Shown here: positions 48,605-61,299 of the stretch, one piece after another | How positions within the stretch are numbered: position 1 is the stretch's first letter | How the letters are laid out: every line of letters starts with the position of its first letter | Assembly (NCBI RefSeq): GCF_004010195.1 | Contig: NC_057719.1 | Coordinates: 82,469,417 to 82,531,416, forward strand | Reading direction: 5' to 3' | Length of the DNA: 62,000 bases | From: Chiloscyllium plagiosum | Lineage: Eukaryota | Notes under the pieces: generated by a model | What the model saw: only the letters and a program-made list of their open reading frames with translations | Databases searched by the model: none | What the model was told of the DNA's origin: nothing | Made by a program: the position numbers and the translations under genes

Positions 48605-49149
48605 CTTCCAATTTGGAAAACACTGTGAAAAATCGTTCTGCCTTCTTAAGTGATAAACTGGATGAATACCTGGAAAATGAAGAGAAAATCATCAAACAGC
48701 GAGCTGATCTATGCATAAACAAAGTATCAAAAGTTGTTTATCAGATGCCCACCAAAAGTTCCAGTTATGTCCGAACATTGGATAGTGTACTAAAACACCG
48801 GGCGTCTGAAGCCACCCCTGGACAGTCTCACTCATCTAGTCAAGCTGTGGTTTCCTCACAGCCCACTTCAGTTAACTCTGTTTCCAAAGCCTGCGAACGG
48901 AGTGGAAAAGTAATCCGATCTAACGCAGCCAGCAAAGAGCAGAAGTCTTCAAGCAGTACAAAATCAACTCCAAAAACAGCCAGCCCACCTACTAAAGCAT
49001 GTTCTACACGCATGAAACCTCTGGGGCTGTCCAAAAAGCAGAAGAAGTTGATGGATCTGGAGAATAGTGCCCTTTGGGATGGGAAGTCAAGGACTTACAT
49101 TACTGAAGAACGAGCAGAGGCATCTCTCTTAACTCTACTCACTGCACAG
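48605..49149 (+). CDS. MGA: MGA exon 8
   Basis: KNRSAFLSDKLDEYLENE, VVYQMPTKSSSYVRTLDSVLK, KLMDLE..ALWDGK.RTYITEERA..SL.TLLTAQ; phase 1 to 0. Confidence 0.95.
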
Positions 49150-49779
49150 GTACCAGCTCTGTTTTATATTAAAGGAAAGAAACTGGTGAAATATGTTGAC
49201 AAGGGACTAAAAGAATTCAAAACTTGCTGAGATTGACCTTTTTTAATTAGAAATTGCAGTGTACCTATAATGAATGCTGATAAAGTTGAGTGCAGTTGGA
49301 ACAAAAGCAGACAATATCTTAATTCACTTTCAAGTGCTAACAAGTTAAAAGTGTGATTTTGTTGAAACAAACCATCTTCTATTACGCCTTATCAGTATCT
49401 TGATTATAGATTGTTAATAATGTTTGTACTTATTTTCACAGTAGTTCAACCTGAACATAACAAAGCTTAGACCTCCTGAGCAAGGTGAAATTATGTTGCC
49501 TTTGAAAGGTTACTGTTTCCCACAGGGTACTTGCAAGTATGTACTTGCAAGTTTCACAGCCTTGTTAAGTTCAGTACTGTAATTCCTTCAAACTCCAGTT
49601 CCTCTGAAGGCATCATCAAGAAGAACATTTACTTATTAAATTTTAATTTTCTGTCTTTCTCAACATCCAAACCTTAATTTTTTTGCTGATTTTGGATAGC
49701 CTGGGAACTTGCTTAAGATTAGTGGCAGGTCCTAATTCCAGGGTTCATGGATTCCTATTCTCGGGGTTTCTGACTTGGT

Positions 49780-50116
49780 GGGCAGCACGGTGGCACAGTG
49801 GTTAGCACTGCTGCCTCACAGTGCCAGAGACCCGGGTTCAAATCCCGCCTCAGGCGACTGACTGTCTGGAGTTTGCACATTCTCCCCGTGTCTGCGTGGG
49901 TTTCCTCCGGGTGCTCCGGTTTCCTCCCACAGTCCAAAAATGTGCAGGTCAGGTGAATTGGCCATGCTAAATTGCCCGTAGTGTTAGGGAAGGGGTAAAT
50001 GTAGGGGAATGGGTCTGGGTGGGTTGCGCTTCGGCGGGTCGGTGTGGACTTGTTGGGCCGAAGAGCCTGTTTCCACACTGTAAAGTAATCTAATCTAATC
50101 TAATCTAATCTAATCT
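49780..50116 (+). mobile_element. HE1 SINE, young, with long (TAATC)n tail
   Basis: Intact A/B boxes (tggcacagtgg; ggttcaaatccc); six TAATC units followed by an A-run. Confidence 0.95.
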
Positions 50117-51382
50117 TAAAAAAAAAAGTCCCTTTTAAGTACAGGCTGATTTCCTGCCAACCTGCATAGCTGCATTGTGGGGTTAGTGTCCTTAGCCTCC
50201 TCAGTTCTCTTGGAGTTGGGCCAACCTTTGATGGTTGATGGCATTTCACAGATGTCATGAACCAGTCTGTTTGAAGGAGTCTTTTTAAAAGTGCATTCAA
50301 AAGATGTTCCTCGTGCCCCTGTGTCCACTGGATGCCTGGGCTGTTCACCAAGTTTCATTATACGTTGGCTCAGAGCCCAAAGTCTTTGAAAAAGATGAAC
50401 CCCAAGTTAAACCGTTTCTCTTCTGTCAATTGCACTGTTTATTTACTCCAGATAAAGGTTTGAAGCACTTGAAGGTTTTCCATTGATACTTCATACTGTC
50501 TGGATGATTGAGCATTTTATTGGCATGCAGCAAAAGAAGATCTTTTAATGAAAGTCAAAAATTTTGACTTCAGTAGTTCATTACTGTGGGTTCATCATTG
50601 TGATATAATGTATTGGGGTTGTTGGGGTAGGCATCAGCTGGCATGGATAAGGCATGGGAAATGTATGAGGTCCAGAATTCCACAGCTCTGAAGCAAGCTA
50701 TTTACATTATCCATTGCAACACCTAACAGGCCCTGTAAGTGCCTACAACCTTTTACCCAGATTGGCTGACTAGCCTGCTATTTGCCTCCCCTTGCTCAAG
50801 TAATAAAAAGTTAATCTCTGGAACCATTTCCTTCTGAAGCAGGTGTGCAATGCTGGGTATTTCCTTACACTCACTACGCACTTCAAAGGTGAAAATCCAA
50901 ACCCAGCGTCTTGTAGTTTTCTGCTTTCTGGTCATGTTATGCTTTCCAATTAATAATCTTCCAAGTTACATCTGCACAAGCCAGTCTGTTATATTTCAAT
51001 TGCCACTGCTATTGATTTTCTTTTCTCCACTGACCAACTAACTGTTGAGGTGAACATTGTAGAAAGTGGATGCCACTTAATATATTTTAATTGAAAGTCA
51101 GGTTGGGAACTTGAACACGCTGTTTGAAGGGTATGGGGATTGTGGGCCCAGCACGAGGAGCAGTGAAGCAGAAGACAGCACTAGTATTTTCTTTTGCTGA
51201 ACTAATATTTCAAGGCAGACAAAACATGGAACTCTTAAACAGGTTGCTTTCCTCTCTGTAAGGAGTTTGGCAACATTCTTCTATGTTTGATTTTATACTT
51301 GTCTAAATTAAGGTGAACGGTGTAAGATGTATGACTAACACAGTTGAGCATAAAAATGCATATTTCTCTCATCATCTTTTAG

Positions 51383-51701
51383 GGGAAGCTTCAAACTAGA
51401 AAACACAGAGTGATACCTAAGCGGGCACCAATGTGTAAGAATGAGTTCTGCCGCTTAGGCTGTATCTGTTCTAGCCTGTCACAGATGAAAGAACCGCCCA
51501 CGCATTGCCGCAAGCCAGAATGCATGTTCAATTGTAAGTGTCCAAAACGTGAGATGTTGGTGCTGAAGACTTTTGGGAGACGCAGGAGGCAGCTGAGCAA
51601 GGCTCTGCGGGAAGATCTGATATTCTACGATGCACTAGCAGATGATGATGAATGGAAACCAAGAACCAGAAAGAGGAAAAAGAAAAAAATAGTTGAATAT
51701 G
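51383..51701 (+). CDS. MGA: MGA exon 9, Cys-rich MGA conserved domain (DUF4801-type) and basic NLS-like run
   Basis: KRAPMCKNEFCRLGCICSSL...HCRKPECMFNCKC; RKRKKKK; tttttAG-type acceptor / G|GTTAGT, phase 0 to 1. Confidence 0.95.
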
Positions 51702-52069
51702 GTTAGTGCTTTCTGTAGTGATTTAGGATGAAGTTTGATAACTTTATAGAAGTTAAAAGACTGGTTTACAAACTGCATTCCGTTTGGTGGAAAAGTGACT
51801 AAATTTCTAAATTAACATAGTTCATGGAGCAGGACGTCTTAGAAATGTGCACAGTGTAGACGACCAACCTCATGAAGAACAGAAGGATCATAATTTGTTG
51901 AAGGAACTCCTGAGCCAGATTTAACCCTTAGTCCAGATTTGAGTGTTGGATTCAATTTCTGTCCTGGCAGAGGTCAGGTTATACTCACCATCAGTCATCT
52001 ATCTCTAATGATAGTCTAGCACAGTCGTCCTCTGGGACTGTGGTAACTGCTATGTACTGCTGATCTAGT

Positions 52070-52330
52070 TCCTCACATCAGTGAGGTACTGAAATGTACA
52101 TTGCTGGAAGTGCATTCTTTTCAGATGTTAAACTGATATCTCATCTTCCCTTTTCTAATGATGGAGGTGAACATTAAAGATTTCCTGACATAATTTGAGG
52201 AACAGCAGAGAGTTCCTCCAGTACCCTGTGAGTGCCTCCATGTCTGGCAGAGATTGAGATTGTTATAGATGTTCTTCCTTTCTACTTTTTCCTTACATTA
52301 ATTGTATTGGGTGGTATCCTGGCTCACGTT
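52070..52330 (+). mobile_element. Ancient Deu-domain-type SINE relic
   Basis: Decayed ttcagatg..aaac...taaagat...gaggaacagcagagagttc pattern, shared with 56510 and 57830. Confidence 0.4.
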
Positions 52331-52897
52331 TTCTAAACACTGACAAAACTTGTTAGTTAACTGCTTCTGGGCAAAACAAATGTTAGTCATAGCACTATAA
52401 TGTGCATTATAAATAATAGCATTACTTTTGATTTCAACTGTGATAAGATAATTTGTTAAATAGTAGTTATTTCAGTTAGAGTTTTACGCACAAGATGCTA
52501 AATCAGCCTTTGAAGGTGATAGTGTTTAAATTACATAATAGGTTTGTCTGCGCGAATGGAAGGAAATAATGAAACAATTACCTCAAAGACAAATATATTA
52601 TACTTAATAAATAAAAAGATATCAAGTTTTTTTAAATGCAAAAATCTGCAAATATTTTAGGGTTTGGGATGGATACAACAGGGGAATTGAGACAAACACA
52701 AAATAGCAGACTAAGATCATAGAATCTATGTATTCTTTTGTAATGTTGGTGTGATGTCAGTCTGCTGGTGTATTGAAGGTATAATTTTTAAAAGACATTA
52801 TAATTCCTGTAGCATCAAAATCTCTATCAGTACCTCAACCAGTAAGGGAGAAATGGGAGAAATACTGTCTTTAATTTTTGTTTTCTTTTCCAAGCAG

Positions 52898-53130
52898 CAA
52901 TTCCCGAACCAGAGAAACCTGTGCGACCATATCCTCTATGGATTCGGCAGGAGGGCGAGGTGGATCCTGAGCCAGTCTACACTGCACCTCACCCAAAATC
53001 CTTTCATAGCAGCAAATTCCTTCCATCACCCCAACCACCATCTCCACTAAGTCCAGATGGACATGACTCTCCTAAAGCTGATGTTAGTTCGGTGTTGTCG
53101 AGTCCTGCTAGTTCACCGAAGCCCTCTGAG
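52898..53130 (+). CDS. MGA: MGA exon 10
   Basis: PEKPVRPYPLWIRQEGEVDPEPVY conserved; tandem acceptor AAG-CAG; donor GAG|GTGAGC, phase 1 to 0. Confidence 0.93.
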
Positions 53131-53429
53131 GTGAGCAGATGAAATTCATGTAAGGTCCTCCAGAAATGTGCGTTCAGAAGTATCATTATTGTTTGGTAAT
53201 ATGTTGTGTTCTTAAAAAATTTCAGCATTCATTCATATTGTGCTTTTCTCAGAATTTTTGCATGCCCCTTTTGTGAACAGGATACACCACAAAGGCATGT
53301 AGTTTAGTTTTCACTATTATTTGTGAATGCTGGGCCAGTTCAGTTCTCAATGTGAATAATACAAATGTGTGGTCAGTATCAGGGACAAATACCCACCCTA
53401 TAGAGTTTCTAAATTATGAATTCGCCATA

Positions 53430-54905
53430 GGGCAAAAGGAGGAGAGGGAATAAACACCACTATCACAAGAGGAAAAAGTGCAAGGGAAACTACTGGGCTT
53501 ATGACTGAGTTGCCTGGACCTGGTTTTAATTTATCCTAGGATATTAAAAGACGTAGCTACAGAGGTAGTGAATACAATGGTCGTAATTCCACAAAAATCC
53601 TTAAATTCTGGAAAAATCTCGGATTGGAAAGGTGCCAGTGTAATACCTTTTTTATTTTAAAAAGGAAGGAGACAAAAGCAGGTAATTATAAGCCTGTTAG
53701 CATAATGTCTGTTGTTGGGAAAATGTTAGTGCCCGTTGTAAAGAATGTAATTGTACAGCATTTAGAAATTAAAAATTAAGCAAACAGCGTCAGCAGCCTT
53801 ATAAAGAGGAATCAGTCCTAACACATTTATTAGAATTCTTTAAGGAGGTAATGAGCAAGATAGATAAAGGGGATGGAATGGATGTAATGTATTTGTACAT
53901 TCAGAAGGCATTTAGTTAGGTACCATACTTTAGTAAGAGCCCATGGTATTGGAGGTATTGTATTAGCATGAAAAGAGGGTTGGCTAACTAACAGACAGAC
54001 AGACAGAATTGGGATGAAGGGAACATTTTCAGCATGGCAACCTAATGCTAATGGATAAATGTAGGAATCGGTGCTTGGGCTCCAATTATTACAGTACATG
54101 TTAATGCCTTGGATGAACGCAGTGTTCTAAAGGCAAGTGTTATGTATGACAACCTTAGGTGAGTAGGCAAATGGTGAGGATGATGCAAGGAGTCTGCAGT
54201 GGGATAGACAGGTTAAGCTAGTGGGCAGATCTTTGCAGATGGGCGACAATGTGAGAAAATATGAGGATGTGCACTTTAGCTAGTGAAACATTGATCTCTT
54301 TTGTTATCTAAATTGCCGAAGGCTGTGGATCCTACAGAACAGGAACTTAGGAGTCTTTGGGCATAAATCTCAAGCTATCTGCCATTTTCAGTAGGGAAGT
54401 CAAAGTGTGAAAATAGAGGGAGTATAAAAGTGGAGGGGAGGGGTTCTCTAAAGCTATACAAGGCTGGGATACTGTAAACAGTTTTGGGCTCCTTTTCTTA
54501 AGGAACGATGCAATGACATTGGAGGCAGTCTAGTGAAGGTTCACCAGGCTGAAACTGTGTATGAAAGGTCTTGTGGGGAGAGATTGAGTAGGTTTGGCCT
54601 TTTCTCGCTGGAATTTAGAAGAATGAGAGGCAATTTCATTTAAACATACAAGATTCTTAGGGAACAGGTAAGGTTAGATACGGAAAGATTGTCCTCCCTT
54701 GTGGGCTGGTCTAGGACCAGAGGGCATAATCTTGATTGTCAGCTCACCAATTTAAGGCAGAGATGATGAGAAATTTATTCCCTGAGGGTTGTGAATTTGT
54801 GAAATTCTTTGCAGAGAGCTGTAGAAGTTCGGTTGTTAAATATATTCAAGATTAAGCAATACAGATTTTGATTCAGTAAGCTTCAGTTCCTATGTCTTAT
54901 GGTCT
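53430..54905 (+). mobile_element. Old CR1 LINE (RT to 3' end)
   Basis: Decayed DWK.A.V.P, NYKPVS..SVVGK, LT.LLEFF.EV, DV.YL..QKAF motifs; similar to 21260-22880. Confidence 0.8.
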
Positions 54906-56314
54906 TAGTTCAGATACTTTTCAGAAGTTGGAGCCAAAGGTAGACCTGTTGGCCCCCTGGATAATCATAACGCCTTGTGTGTAGGTAGATAGACACAATT
55001 CAGGAGGCTGATGTCCTTTTGCTAGGCATAGAATTTTGTTTTTGTTGTCTTAACATTTTTCGCATCCACTTGATTGTTTGAGGATAGAAACAGATTTGGG
55101 AAAGATTTAGTTAACACAAACACAATATTCCACTGCAAACTGAACTAAACATGGTGGTTCCTTTAAATGTGAAGAGAGGAATCTTTTCTCAGTTGCGGTG
55201 AAGCTGCAGTCACATTTGGACTCTCACCTTCAGTCGTGGTTGATTATGTAGTTGTTGAGAAATGGCTATCATTTGATGCAGTTAATAACTCTCTTTCTTT
55301 CCAACCTGTATCCACAGCTGACACAAAATGAATTTTTAAAAATCTGGCTAGTTTTCTAGGATTTGGTTCTCCAGTGATATTGCACATCTTTTCTTTTTAA
55401 AGACAAAACATTCTAATCACATTCAAGTTTCATTTTTTTAGTGCTTCTCTACATTTAGTTATACCTGCCACCTTGTCTGTCCAATTTCCAGTGATATTGG
55501 CGATGTGTTTCAAATGTTATCATTTTACCTTTCTTATCTACTGCAATAATTAGCTTTGTATAATCTAACAATATAGCTATTATATTGACTCTGACTACAA
55601 TTATAAAAGAAGATGCAAAATGGTTCTCTATATGACCCTACTGGTTACCTTCTCCTAGGCTGATGACTGTCCTATAGAGCAAGCCTGTCAACTCTATTTG
55701 CAAACAATTACATACCCATAATAAAATGTTTCCATGAATTAAAGCTTGCTTATTTTCAGTACATGCTTTTTCATTGGATCATTGTTGAAGGCCTTTCTGA
55801 AATCCAAGTGTAGTAAATACACAAATGTATTCTGTTGCAAAGATGAGCAGAAAATCAGATTGAATAGACCTCCAATTCATTTAACCTGTAAATCATATTG
55901 GCTAGCCAATTAGATGGTTCAGTGGGTTCTTTCTGCAAACACTCTTGTTTGGTGAGTGAGATGGTTTACATTGGCTCAACTCAGCTCTGAGAGCCTCTTC
56001 ATTGTTGAAGCAATCTTTCCTAACCTGTTGTTTATTCCTTTGAAGGTCAAAACAGTATTTCTGTTCAAAGGTAAAAACTGCAAAATTATTCCAGGAATAT
56101 GTTGAATAATAAACAATTGAATTTCATTTTGTAATTCTATGTAGAATCTGTCTGACATAAAGATAGTCTTCCAGTTAATCAGAGATATGTACATGTTATT
56201 TTAAAGCTTTGCAATACTCTAATATTAACATAGGCGAAACAATTATTTTGCTATTGTCTAGGTAAGCTTTCTTTTAATTGTCTGCTTTTTAAATTATTTT
56301 TATGCTTACTTAAG

Positions 56315-56446
56315 GCTGATGAGAAAGGCCCAGTGTATTGGTATTTTGAAAGTATGATGACCTGTGCACGTGTTTGTGTCTTCGAACGCAAAAAAGTTGA
56401 AAGATCAATAATCTGCACCTGCAATTCAGAGCACAGTTGTGGACAG
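56315..56446 (+). CDS. MGA: MGA exon 11
   Basis: EKGPVYWYFESMMTCARVCVFERKK resembles DKDPVYLYFESMMTCARVRVYERKK; taAG / CAG|GTAAAC, phase 0-0. Absent from the ORF track. Confidence 0.93.
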
Positions 56447-56509
56447 GTAAACTTGAACTTTTGCACTAGCATCAATTAGGTATTTTTAAATGCACATGAA
56501 GTAATGACC

Positions 56510-56900
56510 AGAGAGTTGAAGAGCTGACACTTTACTTCCTATTGTGTGTACAAGTCGCACTCCAGGGAATTGAGTGTACAACTTAGGTTGATGCTCACAT
56601 GTACAACTGAGTACCTTCAGATGAGACGTAAAAACAAGCATTGTCCAATGGATGTAAATTGCACTTTGCTAAGATAACCAGCAGAGTGCAACCTGAGTCC
56701 TGGTTAATATTTATCCCTCAAGTAGCATTGTAAGAACTGATTATTTGGTCATTGACATCACTTTTTGTTGGGTTTGATTTTGGAAAACTGACTGTCTGGA
56801 TTCCTACCATGTCAAAATGGCTATATGTCAGTTCACTTAATTGATTTGTGATGTACCTTTGGATGTCGGAGACTGACAGGCCCTATATCAATTGGAAAAC
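56510..56900 (+). mobile_element. Ancient Deu-domain-type SINE relic
   Basis: cttcagatgagacgtaaaaac...tggatgtaaa...aatatttatccctcaa...gattatttggtcatt. Confidence 0.5.
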
Positions 56901-57829
56901 TCCTCATTCTTGGTATAGACGAGGAAATCTTAGTGATGCTGGGGAATGCCTTGTATTTGGATCAAGTACAAGTGAGAGAGAGTGATGTTGGAATGTTTAA
57001 CCTTCACAAACCTGTAAGGTTGTTACAACAGCGGTCTGTTTTCTGCCCTTCAATGGATAGAAATAATGTTGCAATGATGTCTGATTTCATCTTTTTAACA
57101 AAAACTTATCAGTTAATTTTGTTTTTGTCACATTAATTGAGTCGATCTATTTTATGTCTGCTTCGAGACTTTTTGGTTCCTGGGTGGTCCAAATGGAGAA
57201 GCAACCCAGTGACAACGAGCGCAAGCAGTGGTGGCTGGTTTCCACTTTACTTCCCCTGTACATGTTGACTTATAGGCTACTCTTCCTAATGCTTGGATAC
57301 CTTAGATTGGCTGCTGTGGTGAGTGTAAAATGATGGCAACACGCTATGTGACCGTGGCAATGCTCACCTCTTATTGCTGCTGATCTCTGTTTAAGTCAGC
57401 AAAAAACATGTGCCAGGGCATGCATTGATAAATAGGACAGATGAAAAGAGCTGTAGGCTGTTTGCCTTGGATCAGGCATTTCCTTTTTCTTGCTAACCAC
57501 CTAGGGAAGAGACGAATTAGCATCCAAGTCCCTTTCTAAATTACAAATGTGTTCTCATTTGTTTCACCTCCGAGTCCATCTGAAGTTCTCAAAATTGGAA
57601 GAAAGACAGTTCGAGAAATGTATGGAACGAGAGTGCAAGATTTGTATGAATGGTTTGCAAAGAGAATAGAAGACATAAATAAGACATGGGAGTGAACAGA
57701 TGAGTGTTTGCACAAGGTTGAAGGAAAGCTAAAGCAAGGGAGACTTTAGAACATACACAGAAAAAATAATTTGAACTGGGTAAAGCTCAGAGACCAAAGA
57801 GATGAAAAGAAGATAAGCCATGCATATTT

Positions 57830-58220
57830 GGCTCTTTTATAACCTCCGAAAATCCAAAAGTACTTTACAGCCAACAAAGTATATTTGAACTATAGGCACT
57901 GATGTAGGAAACAAGAGAACAAATTTGATCGTAACAAACTTCCACAAATGATCGTGGTAATGAAAATAGCAGTATGCTTTTTGGGTATTGGTTAAGTGAC
58001 GTCTATCGGCTAGAATGCAAGAAGAGGTCTCCTGCTTGAAATAGTCCCTTGAGACTCTTGCATCTACCTGAGAGATTTACTGTCTGATCCAAAACGTGTC
58101 ACCTCCAAGTGCAGCACTTCCTCAGTGCTGTAAAAGTATCAAGTCAGATTTTGTGCTCACGTCCTTGGAGTGCAATTTGAACCTACAATTTCTTGAAGAT
58201 TAGTATTGAGCTACAGCTGC
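57830..58220 (-). mobile_element. Ancient Deu-domain-type SINE relic (inverted)
   Basis: Reverse-complement similarity to 56510-56900 (tactttacagccaa...aaacttccacaaa...gcagcacttcctcagt). Confidence 0.5.
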
Positions 58221-58276
58221 TACCATGTCAGAATTACTTGTGCTAAATTTTCAAGCTGCACCTTTTGTGTTTCTAG

Positions 58277-58364
58277 GAAAACAATCTATACAGTAAGATT
58301 AATAACAAAGAAACATTTGAAGCATGCAAGTTGAAGCACTGCAGTGATTCCAGCTCCAGAGAGG
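58277..58364 (+). CDS. MGA: Probable MGA exon 12 (ENNLYSKINNKETFEACKLKHCSDSSSRE)
   Basis: cttttgtgtttctAG / GAGG|GTAAGG, open frame, phase 0 to 1; little sequence similarity, so the call rests on splice signals. Confidence 0.6.
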
Positions 58365-58636
58365 GTAAGGACCATTTTGTGTATATTCTGGAACTGACAT
58401 GCATATAGTGTAGTAAATCCCAGCAAGTAGAAATGAGATAACTTATTAAAGAATGTTGTAAGAATATTTTCAGGAAAATAGGTTTTTGCAGTCTTTTGCC
58501 CACCACAATTGCCAAATTTGAAGTGTCACATATCTGAGCCTATGTGTAGTAAAATACCTACACTTAGAGGATCAACTAGTGTTTCTCCTTACTGCAGGAT
58601 TGCAGCAAAGAGTGCACAGACAGCTCCAGGTGGTAT

Positions 58637-58949
58637 TTAGATTAGATTACTTAGTGTGGAAACAGGCCCTTCGGCCCAACAAGTCCACACCGCCCCGCCA
58701 AAGCGCAACCCACCCATACCCCTACCCCTACATTTACCCCTTACCTAACACTACGGGCAATTTAGCATGGCCAATTCACCTGCACATCTTTTGGATTGTG
58801 GGAGGAAACCGGAGCACCCGGAGGAAACCCACGCAGACACTGGGAGAGTGTGCAAACTCCACACAGTCAGTCGCCTGAGGCAGGAATTGAACCCGGGTCT
58901 CTGGCGCTGTGAGGCAGCAGTGCTAACCACTGTGCCACCGTGCCGCCCA
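58637..58949 (-). mobile_element. HE1 SINE, young
   Basis: Near-identical to the 8965 and 60527 copies. Confidence 0.95.
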
Positions 58950-59734
58950 TATGGTGTTGAACCATATAAATGTACAGTAGCATACCCTATGGTTTTTTGA
59001 ATTCTATTTCATATACTAGATAACCCTGTGTTTACTACTGCTCGAGTTGATAAGTTTTGGGAAGACCTGAGGCTGAAGGAAGATGCACACTTAGATTAAT
59101 GAAAGTTTATGAAGGAGTCTAAAAACAGGATGAGGATTTTTAAACTTGAACATTGGGGGAGCCATGAGTTTAATGAAGATCACTGATTACTGGAATGGGT
59201 CTTAACATTGAATGAAATGCACGCAGCCAACTTTGGAAAAGTTGGGTTTTATGAAGAGTCACAGGCTACCAAATGGAGTGTTGAAATGGTTAAATCTGAA
59301 AGTAATGAAGCAATGTAGGAAGATAAAGAGAAAACAGTAGGAACCAAAGAAGTTGATGCTGCATAGCTGGAATTGTACACTCTTGAGTGGTTATCATTTT
59401 TGAAGCTCAGCTCAGAGTTGAACAGGTTGCCATGGTTACTGTTTACCCAATCTATCTGTATTGGAGTGGAGTCAGTACTGTGGGAAACCACATTACATTT
59501 AGGACTTAAACAGGCCTTGAAAGTTGAGCTGGGCACTCATCGCAAGTGAGACATTCAAAAGATTGTTGTGGGGGGGTGGATTTTTCCCACGTAAAGTTGA
59601 TGATGCCTAGATTTATGCCTGTAGATGCTGTTAGCAATAAGTGACTTGTACATGAGGATGTCATGGACCCATCATGAGAAAGCTGATTCCACTTTTGTGT
59701 CTGACAGCATCCCAGTGAATTTTATTAAGAACCC

Positions 59735-60350
59735 TTTGTGCCAGAGGGATTGTATTAGCATGGATAGAGAACTGGCTAACTAATAGATGATAGTGTTGGT
59801 ATAAGGGCATTTTCAGATGCCAACTTGTGACAGGGATCAGTGTTGGGAATGCATTTATTTACAATATATATTAAAAGCTTGGGAATTCAGAAGATTAACT
59901 AGACTAATGCTGGATATGGAGGAACTATCTTATGAGGAGAGGTTGAGTAGGTTGGGCCTGCATACATTGGAATTTAGAAGAAAGGACAACTTTATTGAAA
60001 CATACAAGATTCTTGGGCTTGACAAGGCAGATGCGGAAGTAATTGTTTCCTCCTTGAGTATAATCTAGTGGCTATAATCTCAGTACAAAATCCCCAATTT
60101 AGAATAGATGATGAGCAGTTTGTGTACTCAAAGAGGAGCAAATTTGGAGGATTCTCTAGTAGAGTTTCAGCCACTAAGTATATTCAAGGCTGAGAGATGA
60201 AATTTTAATCAGTAAGGGCATCTACAGTAATGGAGAAAAGGCAAGAAAACAGAGCTGAGGATTATCAGATCAGCCATGAGCTAATTGATTGCGAGAACAG
60301 ACTCCATGGACTGAGTGCCCTACTTCTGCTCCTGTTTTTTACAGTCTTAT
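59735..60350 (+). mobile_element. Old, internally deleted CR1 3' fragment
   Basis: LSYEERLSRLGL.TLEFRR..N.IETYKIL. Confidence 0.78.
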
Positions 60351-60526
60351 AGAAGCACTTTCGAACGTTTTAAAATATTGAAAGTGGCATATGCATGCAA
60401 GCTGTTGTACTAATAAAGGAAACTCCATTTTATGCCTCCTGAGGGAAAGATGGTTCAATATACCACTGGTTACCAGATACGCATTGGATATTCCTGTGAC
60501 TTTTCAGTGTCAACTTTATGAAGTAG

Positions 60527-60841
60527 ATTAGATTACATTACATTACAGTGTGGAAACAGGCCCTTCGGCCCAACAAGTCCACACCGACCCGCCGAAGCGC
60601 AACCCACCCATACCCCTACATTTACCCCTTACCTAACACTACGGGCAATTTAGTACGCTCAATTCACCTGACCCTGCACATCTTTGGACTGTGGGAGGAA
60701 ACCGGAGCACCCGGAGGAAACCCACGCAGACAAGGGGAGAACGTGCAAACTCCACACAGTCAGTCGCCTGAGGCGGGAATTGAACCCGGGCCTCTGGCGC
60801 TGTGAGGCAGCAGTGCTAACCACTGTGCCACCGTGCCGCCC
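60527..60841 (-). mobile_element. HE1 SINE, young, possible 6-bp TSD
   Basis: Full HE1 body; aagtag at 60521-60526 and again at the right junction (~60842). Confidence 0.95.
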
Positions 60842-61299
60842 AAGTAGCTAACATGAAATGGACATCCACTTAATGGCGACCAGGATAGGATCACTTTAAG
60901 CTCATGTCTGGACGTTTGCACTCTGGTTTGGAGTGCAAAGTCGGTACGTTCCCCAAATCTGTAAACCTAACCACAAAGTAGCTGGGAGATCAGATTTTTG
61001 TTACAAGGTGGCTGCATTTTCTGAGAAGGTCAGCCTTGGAGCACCAGCACTGTATTGAAATTATTTCAAATTATTTAAAACAAAATTTTGTCCCTATACA
61101 TTCTGCATGCCATTTATGCTAATTCACGCTCTCCCATCTAACTCCTCATACCCTCCATGCCAATATGTGTGTCTCAGCCCATCATCATGCACCCTCCTAT
61201 TGCCATGAAAATGTTTCTTTGCAGAGGAAATATACTTATTCTGAAGTGCCCGCTTTAACTGGGGAAAGCCTTCGCTTCCTTATTGATCTATCCCCTAGC

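Noticed and set aside
50120..50520. Protein-like minus-strand stretch (possible transposase relic)
   Set aside because: No diagnostic motif identified; needs a BLASTX search.
60915..60939. 9-bp stem hairpin tttgcactc/gagtgcaaa
   Set aside because: Too short to distinguish from chance or a repeat remnant.
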